A DNA stretch of 64,000 nucleotides from the NCBI RefSeq assembly GCF_009914755.1, contig NC_060929.1. One strand, 5' to 3'. The notes under the pieces were generated by a model. It searched no databases and had not been told where the DNA came from. It worked only from the letters and a program-made list of their open reading frames with translations. Shown piece by piece: positions 13,621 to 27,869 of this stretch (position 1 is its first letter; each line of letters opens with the position of its first letter). Origin of the DNA: the human T2T-CHM13v2.0 reference genome, Homo sapiens. The position numbers and the translations under genes are program-made.

Positions 13621-15232
13621 GGGAAAACTGAATAAAATGAATTTCTTGGATGGATATAAGGGCAAGAGAGTGCAGGAAATTGTGACTGCAGGTAGTGGAT
13701 TTGGGAGGGGTTTGTCTCACTAAGATGCAGGAAGAGGAGACCTACATGCTGACACTAGTTGCATTTCTTAATTGCTTTGCTTGTATTTTACCTCTCTTCC
13801 ATGACTGACTAAATCAATAATTAACACCAGAATCATCACCACTGAATGCACGTAACAGGGAAAAAAAATTGTCTTTTCTAACCCTTACTGGCTTTTCAGA
13901 AGGGTGGCGACTGTTAAATAGGGACCCTTTATTCTGCTGAGCACTTTGAAGGGTTTGGAAAACGAACTAAAACAAGAATCACATTTGCGGATCTCCCATC
14001 ATTGATTGGCAACTTGTTGGGTTTGTTGCTGTTGTTATTCACCTGCAGCCTGTCTGTCAAGGACTCAGGGAAGCGGGCAGGATGAAGGCCACCTTAGGGT
14101 AGAGAAGAGCGTTCCACTTAGAGGAAGTGTTGGGCTGAGAAGAGGGGAGGAAGGGCAGCTGTGGTCCTTCTGCTCCCCTGAGACTGTTCTGCAGAGAAGA
14201 TGGTGGTGGGGGATGAAGAGACCAGCCATATGTGAAGCTGTTTTTCCTAGATCAGGGAGGAGCCTGGAGGAGGTATGGTGGAAACATCCAGGTGGGAAGA
14301 GGATTCTGAGAACATGGGACGGGGTGGGGGAGGTGGGCAGCTTGTGGCAGTTCCCCTGGACCTGGAAAGCAGGCTGCATGGCTGAAAGGGAGTGTGGACA
14401 AGGCCATGTCCAGCAGGTGCAGGGACAACATACAGCCTTTTCAGAAGGAAACTGCTGGATAAATGAGCCTTAGGCAGCAGACAGTATGCAAGTTTTCTGC
14501 AAGTTCCCAGGCTCCCCATGAGGGACATTCAGACACTGAGGAGGGCTGATGGTGAGTAGACTTTAGAACCAGAAGCCAATGATTGGGACCATGGATTTCA
14601 GTGATGGGTGACCACATGATGTCCCAAAGGCCAGTTGAGACCAGTCACCCTCAGACTAGGACAGGAAGTCCACAGCAGAATGGACACCAGGAATAATACA
14701 GAGGACTCCTGGTCTTATAAGCTCCCATCCATGCTGACGCCAACCGCTACTTCCTGCTACGCACATTTGGGAGAAGATGCCCAAATACTCGGCATCACAG
14801 AAGGAAAAGAATTTGTAATTCCTGAGGAATTCTGGAAAGGAGGGAGGAAGTAACAGAGATTGGAAGGGAAAAGACAATATGAGTCAGCAAGATGGCGGAA
14901 GGCTGTGTACTCTGAGGTGATCCTCCTTTCTTGGTCCCTCCAAATGTTCAGTAAAAGCTACTCAGCCAACCAACTGCTTGTTGTCAGTTGATAACTTGTA
15001 AAAACTAATAATGAAGCCTCAGTTTCCAGCCCACATGGATCTAAAATAGGCATCAGATCAGCATGGAAAAGCCGGAGACACTGGGGACCTTGAGGACATG
15101 GCCCTGGAGAAATCACAAAAAAGGATGGAAAGGGGCTGTGGCTTTCAAGCCTGTAACCCTGGGTTGCTCCAGCCCAGAGATGCCCATCTCTCTGGGGACA
15201 GTCTCTTGAAGCAGTAAGTAATGTGGGCTCTG

Positions 15233-15607
<375 letters not shown>

Positions 15608-15789
15608 TCACGTGGCCTTTCTTAATCTCCCTCCTTTATCTCTAAGAACAATCTCTACGATTGTTCTGAGAATTAGATGAGGAAACACCTACAAAACAAT
15701 TATTATCGCGGCCAGCACATGGCAAAAGCATTGTTTGCTAGCATGGCAAAAAGAAGACAACCATAGTGGAGATGGTGATTGTAGTACAC

Positions 15790-16655
15790 ACTCTTAGTCT
15801 CCTACAGATTGTCCATTCTCCCCTTTTTCTTGCTCACAGAACCATGCCCAGCTGCAGTGATAAATCACTATGAGTCTGAGCCAATTGTGACAAATATTCT
15901 TCCAGCATCCCTTAAGGCCACATGACACAGTTTTGACCAATAGGACTTAAGAGGAAGCCTATTGTGGGGGCTTTGGGAAAGCTTTGCTTACGTGGTGTCT
16001 TAGTTCATTTTCTCTTGCTATAACAGAATACCACATACTGAGTAAATTATAAAGAAAAGAAATGTATGTAGCTCACAGTTCTGGAGGATGGGAAGTCCAA
16101 GAGCATGGCATGGGCCCTGGGGAGGGCCTTGTTCTGAGTCAAAATGTGGCAGGAGGCATCACATGGAGAGAGGGCAAGAGACTGCGTGTATGTTCAGGTC
16201 TCTCTTCCTCTTCTTATAAAGCCACCAGTCCCATCATGGGGGCCCCACCCTAATGACCTTATCTAGTCCTAGTTTCCTCCCAAAAGCCCCGTCTCTAATC
16301 AACATATGAATTTAGGGATTAAGTTTCCAGCACATGAAATTTGGAAGACACATTCAAACTATAGCACCCAGCAAAAATAAAAGAAAGAAAGAAAACCTGT
16401 CTATAACAACACTTTCCCCACAGCTTCATCCTGCCTTGAACACAGATGTGATGTCTGGTTCTATGAGGGCATCTTGTGATTCTGAGAGACAAGCATGAGG
16501 GGAGAGGCCAAGGGAATCAGAGTTACTGGCCCCGGCATTAACAAGCTGCTGAACCAAGGCTATCGTCTGTTCATTCTGGACTTTTTGTTATAAATAAGAA
16601 TAAACTACTGGGCCTTGTTTTTAGTTACTTGCATCCAAAGGCATTTCTAACAGAT
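15790..16655 (+). mobile_element. Old MLT1 (J/K-like) LTR, split by a younger MaLR LTR
   Basis: MLT1 motifs on both sides of 15996-16367 (GGCCACATGACACAGTT...; GATGTGATGTCTGG...GCATCTTGTGA). Confidence 0.6.
15996..16367 (-). mobile_element. MLT1A/MST-type MaLR LTR
   Basis: TGTCTTAGTTCA...GCTCACAGTTCTGGAGG...CACATTCAAACTATAGCA. Confidence 0.85.
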
Positions 16656-17099
16656 ATAATGTTTATCTATCTCCAAGGAGCAGAGAAGTCCCAGTGGACT
16701 TCCAGGTTGCATGTATATTCTGACCTACAAAACTGTCATATAGAATCACTTCCAGTTTCCCAAAGTGTCACAACATCCATACCCCTAAAAAGTGGGTCCA
16801 GGAAAATCATTCCACTTTGCACCATTAGAACTCAGCTGACAAATAAAGTGAGGCCAAGTTATTATCTAAAGCAATAAAATAAAATTTCTGCTTCCAGAGC
16901 AATCAATGAGGAAGAAATGGTTACATGAGAAAGGGGAGGGGTTGAGTCATAACCAATACTATCCCGAAAAATCCAAGCACATGTGTTTCCCACTAAGAAA
17001 TTACCACTATGACTGCCAAATTTCCAATTATTCAATTGACCCCAATTCATCTTAATCCGGACTGTTCTTGGTTTGTTTTGCCTTCCCAAGACCCAAATT

Positions 17100-17220
17100 A
17101 ACTATTCTATAAGCTTCTTATGAGTAACGACCAAGTCCTAGTTATCTTTGCAGCTCCAGTGCCTAATATGGGACCTGGCACAGATTAGGAGCTCAATCCA
17201 GAATAAATGAATGAACGAAT
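17100..17220 (+). mobile_element. L2 3' end
   Basis: CCTGGCACAG...AATAAATGAATGAA tail. Confidence 0.6.
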
Positions 17221-17339
17221 GAGAGATTAGGACAGAATATTTCCAAGCCAAAGACTTCAAGCCATCAGTTGGGCTGAAGTAGAAAAAGAAGCTGCATAGC
17301 CAAACAGTTGCAACCATGGGTGCTCCAGTAAAGATAACT

Positions 17340-17540
17340 CAATTCAAATCCTGTGTCTGCACTGTCATACACCAGCTGTGGGGTCTGTTCGAACCACTGG
17401 CCTCCACACCTCAGTTTCCCTTCTGTAACATGGGGCAAGTTATGGCACCCTCATCAGACTGGCTATGAGGGTCATAGTCATTTAGTAAGTGTTCACAGAA
17501 AGCACTCAGTGAAAGGCAGGTGGTGGTGGTGTTATTATCA
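17340..17540 (+). mobile_element. MIR SINE
   Basis: CCTCAGTTTCCCTTCTGTAACATGGGG core. Confidence 0.7.
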
Positions 17541-17559
17541 CAGTATTTCTATTCTGTGT

Positions 17560-17730
17560 AGACAGCATCAGGATCACAGGGAGGGCTCGTCAAACACAGA
17601 GCTCTGGGCCCCACCCCCAGAGTTTCTGATTCAGTAGGTCTAGGGTGGGGCCTGAGAATTTGCATTTCTAACAGGAACCAGGTGATGCTGCTGTTACTAT
17701 TCTGGGAACTGCACTTTGAAAACCACTGGC
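17560..17730. mobile_element. MER5A (hAT-Charlie)
   Basis: CTGATTCAGTAGGTCTAGGGTGGGGCCTGAGAATTTGCATTTCTAACA. Confidence 0.85.
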
Positions 17731-17808
17731 CTAACTTATTGCTGTGAGGTCACAGGCAGGCTGTGCTCGACAGAAGGCAGAAAAGGAGAGTAAAGAGAAG
17801 GAAGAAAG

Positions 17809-17811
<3 letters not shown>

Positions 17812-17853
<42 letters not shown>
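17812..17853. repeat. (AC)n microsatellite
   Basis: Direct observation. Confidence 0.95.
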
Positions 17854-17858
<5 letters not shown>

Positions 17859-18242
17859 CAGAATTTCCAGCACAGAGCTTCCCGGCCTGTGCTACCATGG
17901 CTAGATACATGTGCGCCCAGAAATGGATCCCTCATCCCTCAGCAGACGCCTGAAGGTAGTTGTACATGCTGTGCACAAAACGAGGGCATCCAGCTTCAGC
18001 TTCAAGAGTAGTGGGACTGAAATCCCCAGACAGGATGCCTTTTCCTAATATGCATAAAGCCTCTGAATGTCCAGCCCTTAAGGGGGGTTTCTTTTGGAAC
18101 AGTGAAGAAAGTGGGGCGATGGGAACTTGGGGCATCTGGCCTGTTGCCTCTGGCCCCTAACAGGCTCGACTATTTACCCTGGGACACCATACAAGTATGG
18201 TCATTTCCTAGATGTACTCTGACCTAAAAAATTTGGTGAATT

Positions 18243-18815
18243 GCACAGTCCAGTACTGCAGCCACTAGGAACATGCAGCTACTCCAATTTGAGATGGCCC
18301 ATAAGTTTAAGATATATGCCAGATTGCTAAAATTTAGAACAAAAACAAGAAACTCACTCCTAATTTGTTTTCTGTTGATTACATGTTGAAATGTCAATAT
18401 TTTACATATATTTAATATGCTACTAAAGGGATTTTACCAGTTTCTTTTTACTTTTTTTTTTTTTTTTGAGATGGAGTCTTGCTCTGTTGCTCAGGCTGGA
18501 GTGCAATAGTGTGATCTCGGCTCACTGCAACCTCCGCCTCCCGGGTTCAAGCAATCCTCTTGCCTCATCCTCCTGAGTAGCTGAGATTACAGGCGCGTGC
18601 CACCATGCCCAGATAATTTTTGTATTTTTAGTAGAGATGAGGTTTCACCATGTTGGTCAGGCTGGTCTCGAACTCCTGACCTCGTGATCCGCCTGCCGCA
18701 GCCTCCCAAAGTGCTAGGATTACAGGTGCGCCTGGCCTCTTTTTACTTTTTTAATGTAGCTGCTAGAAAATGTAAAATTACATACGTGACTTGCATTATA
18801 TGTATGGACGATGCC
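18243..18815 (-). mobile_element. MER33 (hAT-Charlie), split by an Alu
   Basis: GATTACATGTTGAAATG...TTTTTAATGTAGCTGCTAGAAAATGTAAAATTACATA. Confidence 0.7.
18452..18737 (-). mobile_element. Alu SINE (AluS-like)
   Basis: Reverse Alu; TSD TCTTTTTACTTTT. Confidence 0.95.
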
Positions 18816-19301
18816 ACCCTAGGAAGCTGACATTTTCCAGAAATCATCAGTGGCCTGATCTGTCAGCAGGTGTGTGTGTGTGGGTGTGTATGTGTGTGGG
18901 GGTGTGGGTGAGCCATTGAGGGGAGGCAGCACAGACCCAACAGTAGACATGCTACTTGGACTTGACACTGTAGAAGACAGAGAATGAGTCAGGCATTATG
19001 AGAAGCAGATTGGCCCGATTACATTGTTTAAATAACACCTCAAAGCAGAGTTGGGGAGGGACTAGACGTTCTCACGAAAAACAAAGCCACAAGAAGCTTT
19101 GTGGTGGAACAGAAAGAGGACAGTCACTAGGCTCAGGCTAGCCTAGTGGCTAAGAGTGTGGGCTCTGGAGTTTGAATCTTAGCCTTCCCACTAACTAGCT
19201 GTGTGAGCTCCAGTAAGTTACATAACAACTCTGTTTGTCTGTACAGTAAGGATCTATATCATTGGGTTGCTAAGAGGTATCTTAGTTTGGGCTGCAATAA
19301 C

Positions 19302-19738
<437 letters not shown>

Positions 19739-22700
19739 GGTACCATAAACCAGAGAACTTTATTTCTCACAGTTCTGGAGGCTGGGAGCCTGAGGTCAGG
19801 GTGCCAGCATGGTTTGGCTCCAGGGCCCTGCTGCAGGCTGCAGATTGTTATTGTGTCATTGCAGGGTGGAAAGAGGAAAGAGAGCTCTCTGGAGTCCCTC
19901 TTATAAGGGCACTAATCTCTTCCATGAGGGATCCACTCTCATGACTCAGTTGTCTCCCAAAGGACCCATCTCCAAATATCACCACATTGGAGGTTAGGAT
20001 TTTAACATACAAATCTGGGGAGACAGAAATATTCAGTCCATTGCGTGAGGCATAAATGTAGTTACATACGTTAAATGTTTGAAACAGCATCTGAATGGCC
20101 CATCTTGGTCGCACGCTCCTCTCTGATTTTGCCAGGAGGATATGGTCTTAGGATTGGATCAGCCTGGGTCTTGCACCCAGCCTCTGTGGACAGGCTATCT
20201 TGGTCTGCTATCCTAAGAAGTGGAGAGGGGAGGAAATGTGTCGGCCGACACAAACAGCAGCCACCCCTGTCTATTTCACCCTCCCGGCCCTATGACCTTG
20301 GGCAAATGACTCAATAGATCAGAAGAGACTCAAGTTATGCTTCTGTCAAAACTTCTGAGGGAAATGATGAGAACTGCACAATCCCCACCCCATACAAGGT
20401 ACCCGACAAATGTTAATCCCTCCATTGGGCAAATGGAAGGCAATGTGGCCATGACTGGCAGCGGAGACCTGACTTTTGGCAGAGCCTAGTCAATTACCCA
20501 AGTTTGGGAGCTATCCTCTCTGGGGGCCAGATCATACCACAAACTTTCAAATCAATGTCAACAGGAAGGTCAGCTGGAACTTTCAGGCCAGGGTCTGGTG
20601 CGTGGGCCTGGGCCTGGCATCTGTTTAGTAAACATCCCCCAGCCTTCCTCTTGGAAGCCTTCCTTTACTCACTAAGCAGTTTTGGTCCAACCTGTTTTCC
20701 TTTTGTAGCTGGGATTTTGTAAGAGGCCAAATTCCAGGCTGGGGCAGGATAAACAAGATCGCATGGCTAATGATTGGTGAGTCTGCCTGGAATGCAATTT
20801 ACCACAGAATTTCAGTGAAGGAGACTTTATCACCCCCTGGACTGTTTACAGGGAGGTTGTTAAAACAGGAAGGAGGTTCCAGGCTCTGCGGGGTAGCTGC
20901 CTGGCATTATTTTTCTTTGCCTTCTTTTAGGGAACAGGGGCACCTGCTATGAACTAAAAATTCTCTGCCTCAGTCTGCTTTACATGTAAAATCCCCTTGG
21001 TCAAAACCTTCCATTCATCTAACAAATTACAGCTTACAAAAGATTCTCAATTCTACCACTACCCCAGTTTGGCAGGTGGGGAAATCAGAGCTCAGAGCAG
21101 AGAAGTAACTTACCCAAGGACACGCAGCCAGGAAATGGCAGGGCCAGGATTAGAAAATTTTCCACAAAGTGAATCAGGCAATAATAGTGTTTGTGCTCCA
21201 TCTTCTTCATCTGCAGCTAACCTTTCCCTCTGGGTGGGGATACGTGACTTGAATATAGTCTGGTGATGAAGGGATGAGAGGAGGGTCCCTTGTTCCAATG
21301 TGGATATTACCACAGTAGAGAAAGATTTTTCTTTTAACCCAGCTCAGAATTTTAGAAATTTGCATCCTTGACCTCACACTATCCCTTCTCTGTTCAAACA
21401 AACCCCTAGCCTCTCCAACTCCAGTGTTGGTGGCTCTCTTTCTAAAGGGTGTTGAGATAGACAGGTCAGTAAGGAGATTTGAGTCTGGCTCCTGGGATGG
21501 CAGCAATACTGATGTCTACACGACCTTTGGCAAATCACTAACTATCCGTCTCCGGGCCTGAGTTTTCTTTTCTGAACAAAGCGGATGTGAAGTCTAGATG
21601 AAGTCGGAAATCCCATCCATGCTTCTGAAAATTCTGCTTGTGGCTGCACCACTGAGGAGCAGGGGCCCGGGAAACGCCTGGCTGTAGTCTGCATCTTATG
21701 GCCCTGCCTTGCTGCCAGCATCCACAGGTCTCCCTAAGCCTTGGATGATTGGCCCCGGCTGCCCCGTCTGGTGAGCTCAGCGCAGCATTCGTGAGAACTG
21801 ATGGTGGAGATAAAGATAGGCATGCTGAAATGAGGCACACTCTGCCTCTGCCCCCACACAGCCCTCCTCCCTCGAGACAGCTGTGGACCAGCCTGGGGGA
21901 GGACTGGTTGCCATCCTAGGATGAACAAAGCTTGGGGTGGGCAGGTTCCATTAGCTCATTCTCCTAATTATTCTGGCTGGTCATTGTTTCTCCTGATGAA
22001 TTCCCAATTAGCACTGGGGAGCACAGCTTGGGTTTGATTCTGCCAGTTTTCCGGAGCCAGTTCTCAGCTATTTCTGGCTTGGCCAGACCTACGACCTTCC
22101 TGCTTCCATGCTAGCTGCAATTCAGGAATGGCCTCAGGGGCACTTACACGTTGCCACCATCAATGACAACACCGTGAAATTGGTCTCATTGTTGCCATTT
22201 CACACGTGGGGAAACTGAGGCTCAGTGAAGTGAAGAGGTTTGCCCAGCTTCCTACCACAAGTAAGTAAGTGGTGCAGGTGAACGCTGCCTTGCAGATTTT
22301 CAAACATGTCAGCCTTCTAGTCCAATCGTGGTCTTCATGTGATTCTCTTATGGCACCTAACTCACTGCTTTGCTATTACAGCACTTGAATAATTTAAAAA
22401 CAAATTCTTAATTTAATAAAATCAATAAATAAACCTCATGATTTGTCTTCCCAATTGAAACCCCAGCTTCTGTGACATTCGGGCAATTTCTAAGCTAGCC
22501 AGAGAACCTCCTGGTCATGTTAGGAATAAGCAAAGCCGTTTGGGTTTTAATAACATGGTGAGAAAATAGTGTGACTTTAAAGTCCTTATTAGCCCTGGAA
22601 TGCATTTTCCAAAGCAGGAATTAGCTGACACAGGCAGAGTGTCAGCTGGAAAAACAAGGTCTGGGTTAGGTGGCCCAGAAAAAAACCCGCTTTGGTGCCC

Positions 22701-23122
22701 AGAGCCTCCCATTGATTTCAATTGCTGGTTAGCATAGGCCAGCAGAACGATTGTCCCGTCGGTGAATGTGCCATTAGAAATGACCCCACCAGCTAATGGG
22801 GGTTTAAGAGTGGCTTGCTTGGTTCTTGGTATGGTTCCTGTTGTCATTTTTAGTAAGAAAATTACCTGTCTGTCATTCCCTTTAAACTTGCACGGTAATA
22901 ATTAACCAGGCCCCAAAGAGAAGCTGGTTACCCTTAACCTTGGCTAGATGAAAGCTCAGTGACCCATTAAAGTCTGTGAAATCGTTTAACTCTGAGCAGC
23001 TAGGGAGGTCATGTTGTAGCTGATATTTGGTGGAAAATGGATGTAAGAACTCACATTGGTTCATTATCTCACAATTTGCAGAGTTCAAGGTAACCTTGAG
23101 GTCATGAGCAAGGACTCTCACT

Positions 23123-23343
23123 CAGGCGTCAGCAAACCATGGCCCACTGGCCAAACCCGGCCCACCCCATACTTCTGTAAATAAAGTTTTATTGGAACAT
23201 AGCCATACCCGCTCATATACATATCATCTGTGGCTGTTTTTGTGCTATAACAGTAGAGTTGAGTAGCTGTGACGGAGACCATATGGCTTGCAAAACCTAA
23301 AATATTCACTCTCCTGCCCTTTACAGAGTTTGATGACCTCTGC
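23123..23343. mobile_element. MER58A (hAT-Charlie)
   Basis: CAGGCGTCAGCAAAC...GTAAATAAAGTTTTATTGGAACA...AAACCTAAAATATT. Confidence 0.85.
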
Positions 23344-23359
23344 CCTAATTCACAAAGGC

Positions 23360-23960
23360 CAAATTTGAATTCCGCATTAACCCCTTACTAGCTATGTGAC
23401 CTTGGGCAAATGGTTTCACCCTCATTTTCTTCTTCAGTTTCTTCATCTGTTAAGTAAAGCTGATAAGAGCACCTATGTGGTAGATACACTAGAGCTCACC
23501 AACAACTTTTTCAGCACACATAATCTTTTGAACTTGGGCATGGACTGTGAACTTGGACTATGTGACTTGCCCTGACCAGGAAATATAAGGGGAAGTGGTG
23601 TACATCACTTCTAGATAGAAGCATTCAGAGCTGGTATGGGTTCTCCACACTCTCTACCTTGCCATGTTGACCAAGGAGGCAGGCCAGGTGATTTGAGTGT
23701 TGCAACTACAGGATGGCCAGCTTGGATTCCCAAGCAATTACAGTGAAAAGAGATCCCCTCAGCTCACAAAGAATATTGAGCAGGAGTGAGAAATAAACCT
23801 TTGGTATTTACTTCAGCAAAACCTAGCTCATGCCAACAAATTGGCTTACTTCATAGGGTTTTTGTTAGGATCTGATGAGTTAGGCGTTTTAGATGTTTGG
23901 ACCAGTGGCTGACACTTAGCTAAGTACACAGTTAATGCGAGTTGAAGTTATTAATAGTAT
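23360..23960 (+). mobile_element. MIR interrupted by an old MLT1 LTR (about 23475-23840)
   Basis: CTTACTAGCTATGTGACCTTGGGCAA, then MLT1 motifs (GAGAAATAAACCTTTG), then the MIR resumes. Confidence 0.6.
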
Positions 23961-24039
23961 GTCGATTATTATTAAAATGTCTATTATTTCTTATTTCATT
24001 TTCAACTTCATAATGACTGCAAGGTAGTGACTATTAACT

Positions 24040-24370
24040 TCATTTATTCAATGAACATTTAATGAACACCTGTTTTATATGGTTATATGCTTGACAATAG
24101 GATACAGAAGGTGGGAAAGGGACACTTTCTGTCCAGAGAGCAGAGGTCCATCTAACACACACTTGAGAATGTAGGTGATATTCAACAAAGGCATCTCCAA
24201 GTTGAAACTTAGAAGTTAAGTAGGGGTTTACCAGATGAAGAAGGGAAGGAAGGGCATTATAGGCAGAGAAAACCATCATATAAAATGATAGAGAGGCCTG
24301 AAATTCTATGCTGTTTTGGGGGAACACTGAGCAGATTGGTGTGATAGAGGGACGGGATGTTGGTTAGGGA
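24040..24370 (-). mobile_element. L2 3' fragment
   Basis: CATTTATTCAATGAACATTTAATGAACACC then purine-rich antisense L2. Confidence 0.65.
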
Positions 24371-24830
24371 TGTAGCAGCCAATGTTGCTCAGCCACTCAG
24401 CAGGCATTTGCAATCCACTTCTCCCTCACCAGCCTTACCTTAACAGAAGAAAAGCAAGATGTGTGCTTCATCAGCTTCCCTTGCAGCTAGAGCGGCCACA
24501 TGATATGGTCTCATCTAAAAAAGTGTCAGAAGAAGTCTCCTGGGGAGCTTCAGATCAAAGTAAAGAAGTACATGAAGAGAGTTTGTCACTGTCCCGTGTG
24601 GGTGCAATGCCTGGAGCCATGGCAGCCATCTTGAGATAACAAGGGGAAAACCAAGAGAACTGGAGAGACATGGACCCAATGGACCATCCAGATATCTGGA
24701 CACTGAGCTACTGCTGAAGCCACGCTGCAAGGGTGTACCCCTCAGACTTCTCAATACGGAAACAACAGACATCCTTGTGATTTAAGCCGCTGCTTGTTTG
24801 TTATTTGCTCCACGAATCTTAACTAATGAA
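24370..24830 (+). mobile_element. MLT1 (J/K-like) LTR
   Basis: CAGCTTCCCTTGCAGCTAG...GCAATGCCTGGAGCCATGGCAGCCATCTTG...TTTAAGCC. Confidence 0.7.
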
Positions 24831-25759
24831 GGAATTGTAAGGAATGAGACTGGAGGGTCTAACGGGGCCTAGATTATGCAGGGCCCTTAAAGGCAGCTGG
24901 GGTAAGTGAAGGATTTTACATAGGAAAGGGAAGCTCAGGTTTAAAGAAGGTAAGTCACTACCCAGAGTCCTACTGCTAATAGGTGTCAGAGCTGAGATTT
25001 GCAGAGACCCTCCAAGTGGAGTCCAAGTCCCTTCCTACCACTGTGTAGGGCAATTTGCCTCTACAACCAAATGGCCCTAGTCAATCCTCACAAGAGGATT
25101 CTCTTGGCCTATGGGTCATTTCTAACTACATGCTGGAAAAGCTGAGATTTGGCCAAATCTTCCTTATTTGGAATCAGATCTGTGATCTTCAGAAACAAGA
25201 AGACTTGAGGAGGTATGTAGGGACATGGGAGAAGGTGCAAAGTTGAGAGATGGTATGGATGAATTGAACTTGGGGAAAAGACTCACAAAGACACAAGGCA
25301 TGGAGGAAATTACAAACAGAAGGATGGTGCCAACCCTTCCACCATCTTGGTTTCATTGTCTGAGAAGAAAGTGGGAACCCCAGCATCCTCTCCTGCCTCT
25401 CCAGGGTCTGCACCTGTCTGACTCCATTGCACCACAGGCATCCAGGAGGCCCTGAACTCCTCAGGGCCACTGCAGGGTCTCACTCAACCACTCTCTCAGA
25501 GTCAGGCTCACTGCGTGCCACAGAATGGGTCCTTAGTCAGCATCTGCCCTGTATGGACTGAAACTTGAGACAAAGCAAAACTAGGGTGAGCTCACCTCTG
25601 GGGTGGGCACCTCCTCAAAAGACAGGATCACAGGTCATCCCCATTTTTTTCTCTCCCAGGTTCTTTCAGCTGAACAGACCCATCCACACATCTCTTCCCC
25701 CAACAAAAACCACAAACCTTTTCCATGATTCTATTTCAGGAGATTCAACTTAGTTTAAT

Positions 25760-25980
25760 AGTTCAGAGTGCTAGTTCTGAAAACCAAACTGCCCGGCTCT
25801 GCCACTTACTAGCTGTGTGATTTTGGGCAAATAGTTTAACATCTCTATGTCTCTGTTTTCTCATCTGTTGCGTATAGTACCCACTTCGTGTGGACTGTGC
25901 TTGTGAGAGTGAAGTGAGTTCATTCATAGACAATCCTGACATACACCAAGCACGTGATGAACGCTGTTGTGATTATTTAT
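25760..25980 (+). mobile_element. MIR SINE
   Basis: GGCTCTGCCACTTACTAGCTGTGTGATTTTGGGCAA. Confidence 0.8.
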
Positions 25981-26654
25981 GATTATCCTGACTCAGGACC
26001 TTGCCCCTCATGCCGAGCCCACTTCAGCTTATAGTACTCATAGCACATGCATCTCAGAGAGGTGTCCACAGATTTGAAATCCCTTTTTTTGCTCCAGCAA
26101 TTTGAAGCCCAGCATTCCCCTTTAAATCCTGACTTAGCCAGCCCCTCAGGGCCCAGGTAGGACCAGCCTGACTGCACACTACCCTGTCATCCCCGGGCTT
26201 GTCCCCCATCTCCTGCCCTCTCTGTGCACTAATGGCTGGGGAGCTAAGGGAGGGCAGTGTGCCCTGGCAGGCCTGGCCACGCTGAGCCTTGTTTGTGTAT
26301 TTCCACCTTCATGCTTCAGTTGCTGTCGCCCCTGACTCATCAGTTAGTTAACAAGCTCCAGAACTGTTCCTCCTCCTTGGGACATCTCATCACACAGCCC
26401 ATCTAGCCAGTGAGAGTGTGGGCTCCAGCGGGGTGCTTCTGAGGGAGAAGCTGTCTTGTCTGTTCTTCTGTGATTCTGCCCTTCCTTCCTCAACGCTCTG
26501 AGACCAACTCAAAAGCAAAGTCACTGTCTTTCTTTTGCAGTGTGTGCATGTGTGTATGTGTGTACTCATGCGTGTGTGTGTGTGTATAGGCTTTTGCTCT
26601 TCACAGAAAGAAATCATGAGCCATCTGGCTGGCTGATCAAGAAGGTTATTATTT

Positions 26655-26885
26655 TTAACAATAATAGCAGAAGCTCACATTTACTGAGCATTTACTATAA
26701 ACCAGCATTTTATGTGAATTAACTTGTAGAATGTTCTAAATAACCTTGGGAAGTCAGGTGCTTTTGAAAATCACTGTTTTACAGACAATAAGAGTGCAGC
26801 TTAGACAATAACTTGCCCAAGTCATGCAAATACTAGTAAGTGACAAAGGCAGGATCTGACTCTAGCCTGTTCCACTCCAAAACTG
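26655..26885 (-). mobile_element. MIR SINE
   Basis: CATTTACTGAGCA...TTTTACAGAC...TAACTTGCCCAAG. Confidence 0.7.
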
Positions 26886-27869
26886 TACCCTTAATTGGTG
26901 CTTTGAACTTTTTGGTACATACAAATCACTTTGAAAACCTGACGCAAGTGCTGATTCAGTAGATTTGGGTTGGGGCCTAAGATCTAGCATTTCAAAGAGG
27001 TGTTCACATCATGTTGATGCTAACCAGTCTGAGCAGACACTTTAAGCCATGTTGATCTAGATCACCCTATTGTTCCTTCTGACCTGTTAGGATGACTGCA
27101 GGGTGTTCAGTTAAATTTTTTCCAGGAAGGAATCTCCTGAAATAGAATCATGGAAAAGGCTTGTGGCTAGAGTCCTGGGTTTGAATTTCAGCAACCATTT
27201 AGTTCTCATGACCTTGGGCAACTTCTACTTTTAGAAACTCAGTTTCCTTATCTTCAGAATGAGGATAATAGTATCCACTGGCAGGTGATTGCAAAAGAGT
27301 AGATGTGAAAATGCCCATGAAAAAGGGCTCTGCAGACTGTACCAAAAGTTCAGCTATTAAAGCCATTTGTTGTTAAATAATAATATCATTACTATAAAAA
27401 CTCCTGATTGAATGGGCAGTGGGGAGGGTCTTATGTTGCCGTCATTCCATTTTTCATTCATTCCCAAACTTTTTTTTAAAACCATCTACCTGATGACCAA
27501 GGGTAAAGAGATTCATCACAGTGTTTTATTTATAGAGACCTTCACTACCTCAGCCTCTGAGCTCTGTAGGACCCTCTGTGAAGTGTTGTTTAATACCCAC
27601 AAAGCAATTCTTCCAAGCCCCTTCCATCTTTGGCAAAATAGATGAAACAGGATTGGATCTCCCCCACCTCAAAAAAAGAGATCACAAGGAGAGCAGGAAG
27701 ACCAAGCAAAGCTAACGCCCACTTCTGAATTCCCAGCCATTGAGGCTCAGCATAGAGAGCAACAGATGGCTGCAGTAGATCTTGCTAATCTGGCCAAATG
27801 ACAGATTAGCAGAATTTAGGTATTTCTCATTAGCTCCCTTGCTTTTTCCTCTACAATAAACTAAATGCA

